From the NCBI GenBank assembly GCA_964628535.1, contig CAZVNE010000001.1:8792-72791 (forward strand): DNA of 64,000 bases, read 5' to 3'. Below are positions 1 to 10,218 of this stretch, one piece after another; the stretch's first letter is position 1, and each line of letters begins with the position of its first letter. The notes beneath the pieces are model-generated. The model saw only the letters and a list, made by a program, of their open reading frames with translations. It ran no database searches and had not been told where the DNA came from. This DNA comes from an uncultured Candidatus Nanopelagicus sp. GTDB lineage: Bacteria; Actinomycetota; Actinomycetes; Nanopelagicales; Nanopelagicaceae. The position numbers were made by a program, and so were the translations under genes.

Positions 1-582
<582 letters not shown>

Positions 583-662
583 CTAACTTAAAGCGGGTGA
601 AATCAGCCACCTAATTTTGTAGATATCCGTAGATTAACCCGATCTAAATGTAGAGTTTGAAT

Positions 663-1022
663 ATGGATATTGCATACAAATTATTATTAGTTCTTCACTT
701 TATCGCTCTAGCTGGCTTACTTGGCGGCTTACTTGCTCAGATCCCGAATAAACCAAAGAAATTACAACCATTTGTTCTTCATAGCGCCTGGTTGATTTTA
801 ATTGTCGGGATAGCAATGGTGGGCTTGAACCGAGCAATGCATGCAAATGATGCAACGGTTGAGATTTTAGATCATGTACCTGTCTCGATTAAATCAACTG
901 TAATTACGGTAATTCTGGTACTCGGTTATTTGAATGTTAAGAAACCGATATTGAGTACCAAGATCTGGGGCGTAATGACTGTGCTTGCTGTTGCAAATAT
1001 AGTCGTTGCCGTATTTCTCTAA
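663..1022 (+). CDS. Small integral membrane protein (about 4 TM), unknown function
   Basis: Four hydrophobic segments. ATG 663 preferred because TAGAGT lies 6 nt upstream. Confidence 0.75.
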   Translation: MDIAYKLLLVLHFIALAGLLGGLLAQIPNKPKKLQPFVLHSAWLILIVGIAMVGLNRAMHANDATVEILDHVPVSIKSTVITVILVLGYLNVKKPILSTKIWGVMTVLAVANIVVAVFL

Positions 1023-1034
1023 GCAATAACTTCT

Positions 1035-2225
1035 CTAAGCAATAGCTTCTTTAATCCACTCTAGATCTCGAGCTCTGAAGGTATCTAATAGGTAGAAGTC
1101 GATCTCAGTAATATTTAATTGCTTAAGTCGATCTACCTTCTTTATTAAATTATCTTTCTCAGTGCAATCTGGATAGGTTGGGCGCAAGATTGCACTTACC
1201 TTTGTTGAAACAGTTTGCTGGTATGAGCTTGCTAAATCTGCTACCTCTGAATCGGTAGGACGATAAATCAATGGTTCAAAGCAATCAACTACTGCTGCGA
1301 TCTGTTGATTATTGATGCCAATCTCCCAGCTTTTAGCAAGTGAGTTAGTACTTTTAAAATCAATAAGTGGGGATTGATCCTCGTACTTAAACTTAACGCC
1401 AGCTGCATGGGCGATGGCAACAGCTTGGCTATATAGATCTGCTACCGCATCTTCTCGTGCTGACAGGTATTGCAAGATCTCCGGCCCTAAAATTTGTGCT
1501 AAGAACTCCTTGGTCAGTACTTCTCCTAGCCATGGATCTCTATCATCAAAAACTACTTGCAATGATTGCTTAATCTTCTGCGCCAATAAATTAGCATCTC
1601 CAGCAAAGTTTGATTTACATGCCTCACAAAAACATAGTGAAAACAAAAATTCAGTGACGGGGCTTAGCTCCATGAAAAAACGCTCATGGTGTTCACCATG
1701 TCTTGCGCCATGAAAGTGCAGTGACTCAGCCATAATGGCGGTAACGCCCCTGCTTGCTAAATCCTTGGTCATGCCAAGTGCATAACCTTGAACAGCTTTA
1801 TTAATTGGACAAAGCTCAGATAGAAACTTGTTGCCAAAAACATTTGTCACAGTTGCAGATGGGTGGGTCATGCCAATCGCTGAGTTATGCAGATAAACCG
1901 CCCAGGCATTTACCTCAAAATCTTGCTTCGCCGCCTCGGCTAATACATTTTCAAGAAGTTGATTAGATGGCAGTTGATCAAACTCAGCTGGCGTTAATGC
2001 CCCGACTTCATACTTTGAGTTATCAACCTTGTAGTAGTGAAATCCATCAGATAGATACTCAAGTTGTGGACCTTGGCGAAGCAGGAAGTCACGACTTGCG
2101 TGGTAATTTAAAGCAAGATTAATCCCCGATAAACCAGCTGCCTTTAAATCAGTAATTACCTTTGCGGCTGGTTCACGAAAAAATGTGTATGGCAGGGTAA
2201 AAGCGTTTGATTTTACCGAACTCAT
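1035..2225 (-). CDS. Uncharacterised TIM-barrel protein, glycoside-hydrolase-like
   Basis: 396 aa; YH-x-x-R, AWAVYLHN, LCP, AESLHF and LCFCEAC motifs. Last gene of the sugar ABC operon (overlaps permease stop). Confidence 0.6.
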   Translation of the reverse strand: MSSVKSNAFTLPYTFFREPAAKVITDLKAAGLSGINLALNYHASRDFLLRQGPQLEYLSDGFHYYKVDNSKYEVGALTPAEFDQLPSNQLLENVLAEAAKQDFEVNAWAVYLHNSAIGMTHPSATVTNVFGNKFLSELCPINKAVQGYALGMTKDLASRGVTAIMAESLHFHGARHGEHHERFFMELSPVTEFLFSLCFCEACKSNFAGDANLLAQKIKQSLQVVFDDRDPWLGEVLTKEFLAQILGPEILQYLSAREDAVADLYSQAVAIAHAAGVKFKYEDQSPLIDFKSTNSLAKSWEIGINNQQIAAVVDCFEPLIYRPTDSEVADLASSYQQTVSTKVSAILRPTYPDCTEKDNLIKKVDRLKQLNITEIDFYLLDTFRARDLEWIKEAIA

Positions 2226-3052
2226 TTCACGCTGCCGGCGGTTAAGCCACCAACTAAATACTTTTCAATCATGATAAACAAAATTACAACTGGAACAATT
2301 GCAATCATTGTTGTGGCAAAGAGGTACTCCCATGCGGTGTCATAGGCGCCAATAAATGAGGTTAAGCCAACGGTCAGAGGTTTCTTATCAACTGAGCTCA
2401 TAATTGTTAATGCGATTGTGAACTCATTCCAGGCTGCAACAAAGGTAAAGATTGTCGCAGTTACCAAACCTGGCAATGCGATTGGCAGCGTTACCTTGCG
2501 AAGTGCTTGAACGCGAGTGCAGCCATCAATCATCGCCGCCTCTTCAATCTCAACTGGAATACTTGAGAAGAAGCCAGCTAATAACCAGATTCCAAATGCC
2601 AGGTTAAATCCAGCATTCAAAATAATTAAGGCCGAGTAAGTATCCAGAGCGTTAAAGAAATCAACCTCTTTAAAAATACCAATAATTAACGCAGTCGGTG
2701 AAAACATTTGAGTAGCTAGAACCAATAACAAAAATGGCCCTCGGAATTTGAAGCGGTATCTAGAAATAAAGTAAGCCGCTGGAATTGAGACTGCTAAGAC
2801 CAGCAAGGTGGCGGAGATCGAGACGATCAAGCTTGTCTTTACATATCCCCAGATTGGAGCCTCTCGCCAAACCTCGATGTAGTTGCTCCATTTCCAATTC
2901 ACTGGAAAGTGGGTTGTGGGAATAGCATAAATTTCATCTCTAGATTTTAGAGAGGTGAAGAACATATTGAAGTATGGATAGACAAATATCCAGGCAATAA
3001 AGTAGGCACCAGATATCGTCGCTATCTTTTTCGGTGTAATGCCTTTTTTCAT
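2222..3052 (-). CDS. Carbohydrate ABC transporter permease (MalG-like)
   Basis: EEAAMIDGCTR EAA loop; C-terminal GLTAGSVK; 6 TM. Confidence 0.95.
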   Translation of the reverse strand: MKKGITPKKIATISGAYFIAWIFVYPYFNMFFTSLKSRDEIYAIPTTHFPVNWKWSNYIEVWREAPIWGYVKTSLIVSISATLLVLAVSIPAAYFISRYRFKFRGPFLLLVLATQMFSPTALIIGIFKEVDFFNALDTYSALIILNAGFNLAFGIWLLAGFFSSIPVEIEEAAMIDGCTRVQALRKVTLPIALPGLVTATIFTFVAAWNEFTIALTIMSSVDKKPLTVGLTSFIGAYDTAWEYLFATTMIAIVPVVILFIMIEKYLVGGLTAGSVK

Positions 3053-3984
3053 ACTTCTGTCCTTGTCGCCTTAGTTGCCTTTAAATAGAAGCCCACCACA
3101 ATTAAAATCAGTATGAAATTCAATACGCCAAGCGCTGTTGATTGACCCATATTTGATTCAATAAAGGCCAACTTATATGCAAATGTAATTGTGGTATCGG
3201 TGTCGTAACCTGGCCCACCTCTGGTCATTACCCAAATAATTGGGAATGAGTTAAAGACGTTTATCAGGTTAATAATTGTCGCAATTAACAAGGAGTTACG
3301 AAGTAATGGAAACTTAATTTTGCGATAGATCTGCCAAGATGATGCACCATCAACAGATGCGGCCTCCACGATGTCATTTGGAATAGATTGCAGACCAGCT
3401 AGAAGTACAAAGGTGGTAAATGGTATAGATACAAATACCGCTACCCACATCAAGAAGTAAAAGGATGTGCCAGGGTTTCCGATCCAATCCACCGGCTCAT
3501 TTATCAGACCCAATTGAGTCAAGGTTAAATTTAACTCGCCAGAGAAAGCATCCAGGATCCAGGACCAGATCATTGATGTCATAACCACTGAAGCTGCCCA
3601 AGGGAAAATTAAGGCCCAGCGAACAAATCTGCGTCCTGGGAAATTTTGATTAATTAATTGTGCAAGTGGCAAAGAAAGTGCGATTGTAAAGAAGACAATT
3701 CCAAATACCCATAAAAAAGTTCTTCTTAAGACTGGATATAAATCCATATTGGCAAATAAGTCTCGATAATTAGCCAAACCATTAAATTCAAGTAAGCTGC
3801 CAGCTAATGAAATGTCGGTAAATGATGTTCTGACCAAAATAACAACTGGCCAAATTACGACCAGAATAATTAAAAATAGGGCGGGACCAATCCACGGTAG
3901 AGCGCTTACAAATGAGACATTTTGGCTGACCTGAGATTTTTTGGTGCGCTTTGGTTTGGTCTCACTTAGTGTCGCAGTGGCCAA
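3049..3984 (-). CDS. Carbohydrate ABC transporter permease (MalF-like)
   Basis: GLANY, EAASVDGA and TRGGPG motifs; TTG start. Confidence 0.95.
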   Translation of the reverse strand: MATATLSETKPKRTKKSQVSQNVSFVSALPWIGPALFLIILVVIWPVVILVRTSFTDISLAGSLLEFNGLANYRDLFANMDLYPVLRRTFLWVFGIVFFTIALSLPLAQLINQNFPGRRFVRWALIFPWAASVVMTSMIWSWILDAFSGELNLTLTQLGLINEPVDWIGNPGTSFYFLMWVAVFVSIPFTTFVLLAGLQSIPNDIVEAASVDGASSWQIYRKIKFPLLRNSLLIATIINLINVFNSFPIIWVMTRGGPGYDTDTTITFAYKLAFIESNMGQSTALGVLNFILILIVVGFYLKATKATRTEV

Positions 3985-4027
3985 ATTTCATCACCCCTAA
4001 AAAGTTCATTGGAAAGGAATTTTTCAT

Positions 4028-4061
4028 GTAATGAGATCCCCCGGTTAGGGGATCTCATTAC
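4028..4061. terminator. Perfect 14-bp stem-loop between binding-protein and permease genes (mRNA stabiliser or partial terminator)
   Basis: GTAATGAGATCCCC-cggtta-GGGGATCTCATTAC. Confidence 0.75.
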
Positions 4062-4094
4062 CAATCAATTTAAAGTTAAATAAACCTTTCGGTC

Positions 4095-5345
4095 TTACTT
4101 AACTCCAGCAGCAACAGCAGTTCTCTGTATCGAATCTAGAACTGACTTTGCATCCTTAGTGATACCGCCACCGATTTGGGTGGTGATTCTTGCAACTACT
4201 GCTCCCCATGAACCAAGGGTTGCTGGGTAGAAGATAGCGTTGTCTAGCTGCTCAATGAATGGAAGCAATGATGAATCCACCTCAGTTGATGCTGACTTAG
4301 TTGCTGGAATAAATCCACCAGTTGCCTTTAGGAAGGCAGCGTAGTTCTTTGGCTCGTAGATGAAGTTAAGCCACTTTGATACTGCATCCTGGTTACCTGG
4401 CTTCTTAAAGCCCATGAAGTAATCCTGAACACCCAAAGTGATTGGCTTCATTCCTGCTCTTGCAGTTGGGAATGGTGCTACACCGTAATCAACCTTGCTC
4501 TTGTAAATTGTCTTCAAATCTGAAGGGAAAAATACAGAGGCGTTGATCATCGCAACTTTACCTTGAGCAAAAAGTCTAAAGGCATCAGAGCGATTTGTTG
4601 ATGCAGGGTTTGGCTGGGTGTAACCAGCGCGAGTCCATGCCTTCAACTGATTAAGGGTTTGGATATTTTGAGGTGAGTTAATGACCCACTTGTTTGTCTT
4701 CTCATCAAAGTAACGTCCACCATTACCGCCAGCCCAGATTTGGAACTCAGCTTGAGCTTCCTCTGCACCTAGTGGAATAGCTAATGGGAATACTCGTGAG
4801 CCGTACTTAGCTTTGATTCGCTTTGCAGCAGCTGTTACCTCTGCCCAAGTTGTAGGAATCTTTGTATTTCCTGCACCGTAGAACAATGTCTTGTTGATGA
4901 AGAACATACGTGCTGAAGCAAGGTCAGCAACTGCATACTCAACGCCGTTGTACTTTGAGTTATCGCGGAAAGCTGTTGCGAAATCTGAAAGTTTGGCAGC
5001 TGTGAATAGATCACTTGCCTTGTAAAGAAGATCCTCTGCTGCAAACTCAGAGAATGTGTTTAAGTTAAGGATATCTGGGTATGACTTTGTTGAAATTAAG
5101 GTACGTCCCTTAACCAAAATTGCATCCCATTCAAGATTCTCGTGCTCAACCTTGATATTTGGGTTAGCTGCCATGAAACGCTTGTTTAGATCCTCATAGA
5201 ATGCAGGCATCAACGGCGTGTAGTTAGGCGTCATTACCTTGATCGTGATTGTATTTGCTTGCGCTGGTGTAGCTGCAACAAGTGCACCTGCCGCTAACGC
5301 AAATGAAGCCGCAACGGCAACGCTGCGATTTATTAGTTTCTTCAT
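4095..5345 (-). CDS. Sugar ABC transporter substrate-binding protein (family 1)
   Basis: Signal peptide ending AQA; FAQGKVAMI and YGVAPFP motifs; strong RBS AGGAGG. Confidence 0.92.
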   Translation of the reverse strand: MKKLINRSVAVAASFALAAGALVAATPAQANTITIKVMTPNYTPLMPAFYEDLNKRFMAANPNIKVEHENLEWDAILVKGRTLISTKSYPDILNLNTFSEFAAEDLLYKASDLFTAAKLSDFATAFRDNSKYNGVEYAVADLASARMFFINKTLFYGAGNTKIPTTWAEVTAAAKRIKAKYGSRVFPLAIPLGAEEAQAEFQIWAGGNGGRYFDEKTNKWVINSPQNIQTLNQLKAWTRAGYTQPNPASTNRSDAFRLFAQGKVAMINASVFFPSDLKTIYKSKVDYGVAPFPTARAGMKPITLGVQDYFMGFKKPGNQDAVSKWLNFIYEPKNYAAFLKATGGFIPATKSASTEVDSSLLPFIEQLDNAIFYPATLGSWGAVVARITTQIGGGITKDAKSVLDSIQRTAVAAGVK

Positions 5346-5487
5346 TAAGTTATTTCCTCCTAGGATCCCACCCTGTGGTGGGTTGGGCCATACCCCATCA
5401 TTAAATGACCCTTACCAGCAAGGTGGATTTGGGAAAATTAGATAAATTTTTTGGTATCAAAGTTGAAGGCTGAGCATGAAATCTCAC

Positions 5488-7083
5488 TTAGCGAGATCTA
5501 ATAGCCCGGCCTGGAACCGCTTCGGTTCGCTTGCCCCTAAGCAGGGTGGCAATCCCGCCAATCCAGACATTTTCAATACCCGCCGCCGGCAATCTTGGGC
5601 TTTCATAGGTTGAACGATCAAGCACAGTTGTCGCATCCAATAAAACCAGATCTGCTTTTAATCCAGCTTTTACAAAGCCGCGATCTTTTATTCCTAATCT
5701 TTTTGCAGCACGACCACTCATGCGTGCAACCGCTCCTTCGAAGGATAAAACCTTCTCTTCTCTTGCATACACACCAAGGTAACGAGCAAAGGTGCCATAA
5801 CTTCTTGGGTGCGGCCGGTTGCCAGTTAAAATTCCATCGCTACCAATCATGTGTCTGCGATCTTGCATGATGGCACGAACATTTCCTTCATGGCCGGAGA
5901 AGATAATGCAAGAGGCTTTTAACTCCTCATCAGCAATAAAATCTAAGTAAAACTCAGTTACATCTTTATTAACCATCGCAGCGCACTCGATCATTGATTT
6001 ACCAACAAACTTTAAATTGTGATCGTTGCTGATTCCAGCAACGGTAATAGCTGGCCAATTAACAACACCACCCTGATTTCCATCACTGCCTGTGACATTT
6101 AAATCATTGGTTACTCGATCACGATGCTCTTTAATCTTTAGCCGTTTTAGAGTCTCACCATTTCCACCTGCTTGAATCCAAGATGGCAAAAGTGCATGCA
6201 GGTAGGTGGAGCCAGCTAGGTATGGATAGGTATCAAGGGTTACATCTACCCCTTTACCTTCTGCTTTATCCAACATCTCAAATAAGAGATCAGTTTTGTC
6301 ATGAAAATTTGGATGGCTCATGTGGCAGTGGGTTAAGTGCAATGGTGATCTCGATTGTTCTGCAATATCTAAACACTCAGCAACTGCATCTAAGAATTTT
6401 GCTCCGTAGTTGCGGTGGTGAGGCGCGTAATAGCCCCCATACTTTGCGACCACCTTGCATAGTTCGATAATCTCATGATCATCTGCATAAATTGCTGGCA
6501 CATAGGTTAAGCCGGCAGATAATCCAAAGGCACCCTCCTTCATTCCAATTTCAACCAGATGGCACATCTGCTTTAACTCATCAGCATTTGCTGTGCCCTC
6601 CTCATTGCCGCGAACTAGCATTCGCAAAGTTCCATGTGGAATTAAATAAGCAACATTAACTGCAGCGCCGGCATCGACTCTGGCTAAGTACTGAGCAACA
6701 GAGTGAAAATCCCATTTGAAACCATCAGGATCACCATTCCAACCAAATAACTGGCTGCGTAACTGTTGCAATGTTTCGGGATTACTTGGCACATATGACA
6801 AACCATCTTGGCCCAATACCTCTGTTGTAACTCCTTGAGTTACCTTGGCTAAATGTTGTGGATCTGTAATTACCGCAAGATCTGAGTGCGCATGCATATC
6901 GATAAAGCCTGGCGTAATTGTTAAGCCAGAGCCATCAATAATCTTTCCTTGCTCTTCACCCTTAAGTATTGAACCTACCTTTGCAATATAGCCATCAACT
7001 ATTAAGAGATCATCTCTAGTTGCCGGCTTATCCGTGCCATCAATAACTTCTGCGCCACGGATAGTAAAGGTATTTTCAGCCAT
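5488..7083 (-). CDS. N-acyl-D-amino-acid deacylase family amidohydrolase
   Basis: PGFIDMHAHSD, QGVTTEVLGQDG, DTYPYLAGST and HPRSYGTF motifs. Confidence 0.92.
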   Translation of the reverse strand: MAENTFTIRGAEVIDGTDKPATRDDLLIVDGYIAKVGSILKGEEQGKIIDGSGLTITPGFIDMHAHSDLAVITDPQHLAKVTQGVTTEVLGQDGLSYVPSNPETLQQLRSQLFGWNGDPDGFKWDFHSVAQYLARVDAGAAVNVAYLIPHGTLRMLVRGNEEGTANADELKQMCHLVEIGMKEGAFGLSAGLTYVPAIYADDHEIIELCKVVAKYGGYYAPHHRNYGAKFLDAVAECLDIAEQSRSPLHLTHCHMSHPNFHDKTDLLFEMLDKAEGKGVDVTLDTYPYLAGSTYLHALLPSWIQAGGNGETLKRLKIKEHRDRVTNDLNVTGSDGNQGGVVNWPAITVAGISNDHNLKFVGKSMIECAAMVNKDVTEFYLDFIADEELKASCIIFSGHEGNVRAIMQDRRHMIGSDGILTGNRPHPRSYGTFARYLGVYAREEKVLSFEGAVARMSGRAAKRLGIKDRGFVKAGLKADLVLLDATTVLDRSTYESPRLPAAGIENVWIGGIATLLRGKRTEAVPGRAIRSR

Positions 7084-7088
7084 TTAAA

Positions 7089-7886
7089 TTAATCAGAGCC
7101 CTCAACGATTTTATACATCGGCGCCATGCCAGCAAGTAGGCCACCATCAACAACCATCTCGCTGCCACTCATCCACTCAGATTTATCAGAGAGTAAAAAT
7201 ATAACCGCTTCTGAAATATCCTTTGGCTTTCCAACGCGACCTAGTGGGTACCAAGGCTTTAGATTTTCAAAGATTGTTGGATTGCGATCAACCCGTGATT
7301 GCCATGCATCAGTTGCAATAGTGCCGGGAACAACTGTGTTACAGCGAATGCCGTGTGGACCATAGCGAACTGCAACTGTGCGAGTTAATGCATGTAGGCC
7401 AGCTTTAGCAACACTGTAAGAGTCACTGCCCACCATTGTTTTGGCATTTACTGTGCCGATATTGATGATATTTCCAGCTTTGCGCTTCATCATCTCTGGC
7501 AGTACCGCACGAATTGTTAAGAAGCTGCCAGTTAAAGTAATTGAAAGAGAGCGGTTCCAACTATCAAGTGAGGTCTTAACTAAATCCTCTGCCTCATGAA
7601 CCATGGCGTTATTTACTAAACAATCAATTTTGCCAAAATCCTTTTCAATTGCCTTAAAGTTTTCAATTACCTGCGCCTCATTGCCAAGATCGGTGTGGTA
7701 ACCACGAACCTCTGCACCAGTTGCGGCGATCTCCTTAACCGTTGCATCGAGATTCTCTTTGATAACCTCAACTAAGGCTAAGCGAGCGCCATGTGCTGCA
7801 GCATCAATCGCCATCTCTTTTCCAATGCCACGGCCGGAGCCGGTGATAACAACTACCTTGCCAGCGAGGCTTTGTTCGACGCTCAT
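7089..7886 (-). CDS. Short-chain dehydrogenase/reductase
   Basis: TGSGRGIG, VNNA and catalytic YSVAK. Confidence 0.93.
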   Translation of the reverse strand: MSVEQSLAGKVVVITGSGRGIGKEMAIDAAAHGARLALVEVIKENLDATVKEIAATGAEVRGYHTDLGNEAQVIENFKAIEKDFGKIDCLVNNAMVHEAEDLVKTSLDSWNRSLSITLTGSFLTIRAVLPEMMKRKAGNIINIGTVNAKTMVGSDSYSVAKAGLHALTRTVAVRYGPHGIRCNTVVPGTIATDAWQSRVDRNPTIFENLKPWYPLGRVGKPKDISEAVIFLLSDKSEWMSGSEMVVDGGLLAGMAPMYKIVEGSD

Positions 7887-7888
7887 CT

Positions 7889-8266
7889 TTATAGCGCCAC
7901 TACAAAATCAATTTCAACCAAGATGTTGATTAGATCTGAACCAACTGTTGTACGCACTGGAAATGGTGCTGAGAAAAACTCGCGATAAACCTCATCATAT
8001 GCTTTGAAGTCGCGATTAACATCTTGCAGGTGTGCAGTAACTTTTACGACATCTTCAAACTTTGCACCCTTTACATCAAGGATCTTTTGCAGATTCTTCA
8101 GAGTCTGACGGGTTTGCTCAGCTACGCCACCATCAACAATTTTTCCCGTTGCTGGATCAACTGGACCCATGCCGCATGTGTAAAGAAAGCCATTGGCTAC
8201 GACACCGTGTGAGTATGAACCACCTGGTGCTGGTGCATCTTTAGCTTGGATATGTTCGACCTTCAT
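7889..8266 (-). CDS. RidA/YjgF family enamine/imine deaminase
   Basis: GSYSHGV, FPVRTTVG (catalytic Arg) and VEID. Confidence 0.93.
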   Translation of the reverse strand: MKVEHIQAKDAPAPGGSYSHGVVANGFLYTCGMGPVDPATGKIVDGGVAEQTRQTLKNLQKILDVKGAKFEDVVKVTAHLQDVNRDFKAYDEVYREFFSAPFPVRTTVGSDLINILVEIDFVVAL

Positions 8267-8290
8267 GGTTCTCTCCTTAGGTTGGGTTTT

Positions 8291-9514
8291 TTAAAAAAAG
8301 GTATGAATACAATCTACAACATCATAATTGTCATTGACTAATGGAATCAACCGCCACTTATCAAAGGTGGTACAAGGGTGGGATATGCCTAAACCGATCA
8401 AATCACCAACTGCAAATTTATCTGAACTTCGCATAAATCCATGCTGATCATTTAATTTTTCGATTTTGCCAGTAAATTTCTCAACCTTGCCTTGGTACTT
8501 AGCAATTGGCATTGGATTGTGCAGATCACAACCAATATCTCGTTTTCCTAAATTCAAAACACCAAAATCAGATTCCGGAGCGCTTAATAATTGGCTCCAA
8601 ACCTCTATCGCTGGCAACAAGGGATCGCCTGTGCTCTTCGCTGGATAAACCTCTTCATAATAAATATGGTCATGAGTTACATAGCCACCACTGCGAAGTA
8701 AGAGCATTCTTGGTTTACTAAACTTACCTAACTCCTCAGCTACGATCTCAAAGTAGGCACTTCCTCCGGCACTGACAATAAATAGATCATCAGATTTAAA
8801 CTCGTAAGCAACCTCACCAGCTGCGACAATTTTTTTACAGAACTCATGCACAGCGCTCTCACCTGTAGCGCTTCTGGCGGCTGTTGGAACTGCACCTTCA
8901 AAGCCAGTAACGCCTCGCAGATTTAATCTTGCATCTGCTTTAATCTCCTGCGCAATACTTTTTACTAAAGCTAGATCGCGAACGCCACCTCTACCATTAT
9001 CGGTGCCGATTTCAATAAAGAGATTTACCTTGCCATCTGCCGGCGTAGCAGCTTTAACAAGCTCTAAACCAGCCAATGAATCAACATAGAAAATAATCTC
9101 AGCTTTATTCCTCTTATTTAAACGGGCAATCTTTGCAATTGCACTGCTCTCTAAAACCTCATTTGCAATTATTAATCTTTTGAAGCCAAATTTACGAAAG
9201 ATCTCTGCCTGCCAAAAGTTTGCAATAGTCAGCGCCCAAGCACCAGCATCTATCTGCATCTGCGCAATTTGTGGTGACATTGTGGTTTTTACATGGGGTG
9301 CTAACTCCGCGCCCACTGATTTACAGTACTTTGCCATCACATCAATATTGTTTTTTAGGGCACTCTCTTTGAGTACCATCATTGGAAATTGAAAATCAGC
9401 TTGAAATAGGTTGGGCTTTGATTTGAGAAACTTCTTAATGCTTTTGCCGTGAGAAGCTAGTGGAAAATTCTTTTGAGTTTCATCGATCTTTACCTGATCT
9501 AGCTTTACCTTCAT
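8291..9514 (-). CDS. Fold-type III PLP enzyme, D-serine dehydratase / amino-acid deaminase family
   Basis: LAPHVKT PLP-lysine motif; GFEG, SAGGS, RSGGYVTHD, LNDQH and SHPCTTFDKW motifs. Confidence 0.88.
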   Translation of the reverse strand: MKVKLDQVKIDETQKNFPLASHGKSIKKFLKSKPNLFQADFQFPMMVLKESALKNNIDVMAKYCKSVGAELAPHVKTTMSPQIAQMQIDAGAWALTIANFWQAEIFRKFGFKRLIIANEVLESSAIAKIARLNKRNKAEIIFYVDSLAGLELVKAATPADGKVNLFIEIGTDNGRGGVRDLALVKSIAQEIKADARLNLRGVTGFEGAVPTAARSATGESAVHEFCKKIVAAGEVAYEFKSDDLFIVSAGGSAYFEIVAEELGKFSKPRMLLLRSGGYVTHDHIYYEEVYPAKSTGDPLLPAIEVWSQLLSAPESDFGVLNLGKRDIGCDLHNPMPIAKYQGKVEKFTGKIEKLNDQHGFMRSSDKFAVGDLIGLGISHPCTTFDKWRLIPLVNDNYDVVDCIHTFF

Positions 9515-9516
9515 AT

Positions 9517-10206
9517 TTACTCCCGACCATATTTAGCGATGAACTCATCCAAAATACTAGCGGTTGATGATGAACCGCTGCGATCGATTCCGGCATCTAA
9601 GAATTCAAGCAATTGGTCTAAAGATTTCACACCACCTGCGCTCTTAACCTTTACCTTTGGGCTGCAGGTGGCGCGCATTAACTTAACATCGGCCAAGGTG
9701 GCACCAGTTGGTGCAAATCCAGTAGAAGTTTTTACATAATCCGCTCCTGCTGCCTCAACTAATTTACATGCGGTGATCTTCTCTTCATCAGTTAAGTAAG
9801 CATTCTCAAGAATTACCTTTACCTGCTTGCCGGCAGCTGCAACAACGACGGCGGCGATCTCATCCTGAACCGCTTTGGTTTTTCCAGATTTAAGGTGGCC
9901 AATATTGATTACTACATCTATTTCTACCGCACCATTAGCGATCGCCTCTTTTGTTTCAAATACCTTTGACGCAGTTGTTGATGAACCGTGTGGAAAGCCA
10001 ACCACTGTTCCAACCAAAACATTACTGCCCTTTAAAATATCGGCAACAAATTTCACATCAGCTGGCTTGCAACAAACCGATGCAACATCATATTTAAGTG
10101 CAACCTCACAACCCGCTTCAACCTCATCTAGTGTCATGGCTGGTCCCAATGTTGAGTGATCAATTGTCTTTGCAACTTTTTTTAAAGAGTATTTAGGATG
10201 TGACAT
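9517..10206 (-). CDS. deoC: Deoxyribose-phosphate aldolase family class I aldolase
   Basis: IDHSTL, VGFPHG, KVILE, YVKTSTGF and VKSAGG motifs. Confidence 0.9.
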   Translation of the reverse strand: MSHPKYSLKKVAKTIDHSTLGPAMTLDEVEAGCEVALKYDVASVCCKPADVKFVADILKGSNVLVGTVVGFPHGSSTTASKVFETKEAIANGAVEIDVVINIGHLKSGKTKAVQDEIAAVVVAAAGKQVKVILENAYLTDEEKITACKLVEAAGADYVKTSTGFAPTGATLADVKLMRATCSPKVKVKSAGGVKSLDQLLEFLDAGIDRSGSSSTASILDEFIAKYGRE

Positions 10207-10218
10207 GAGTGAAAGGTA

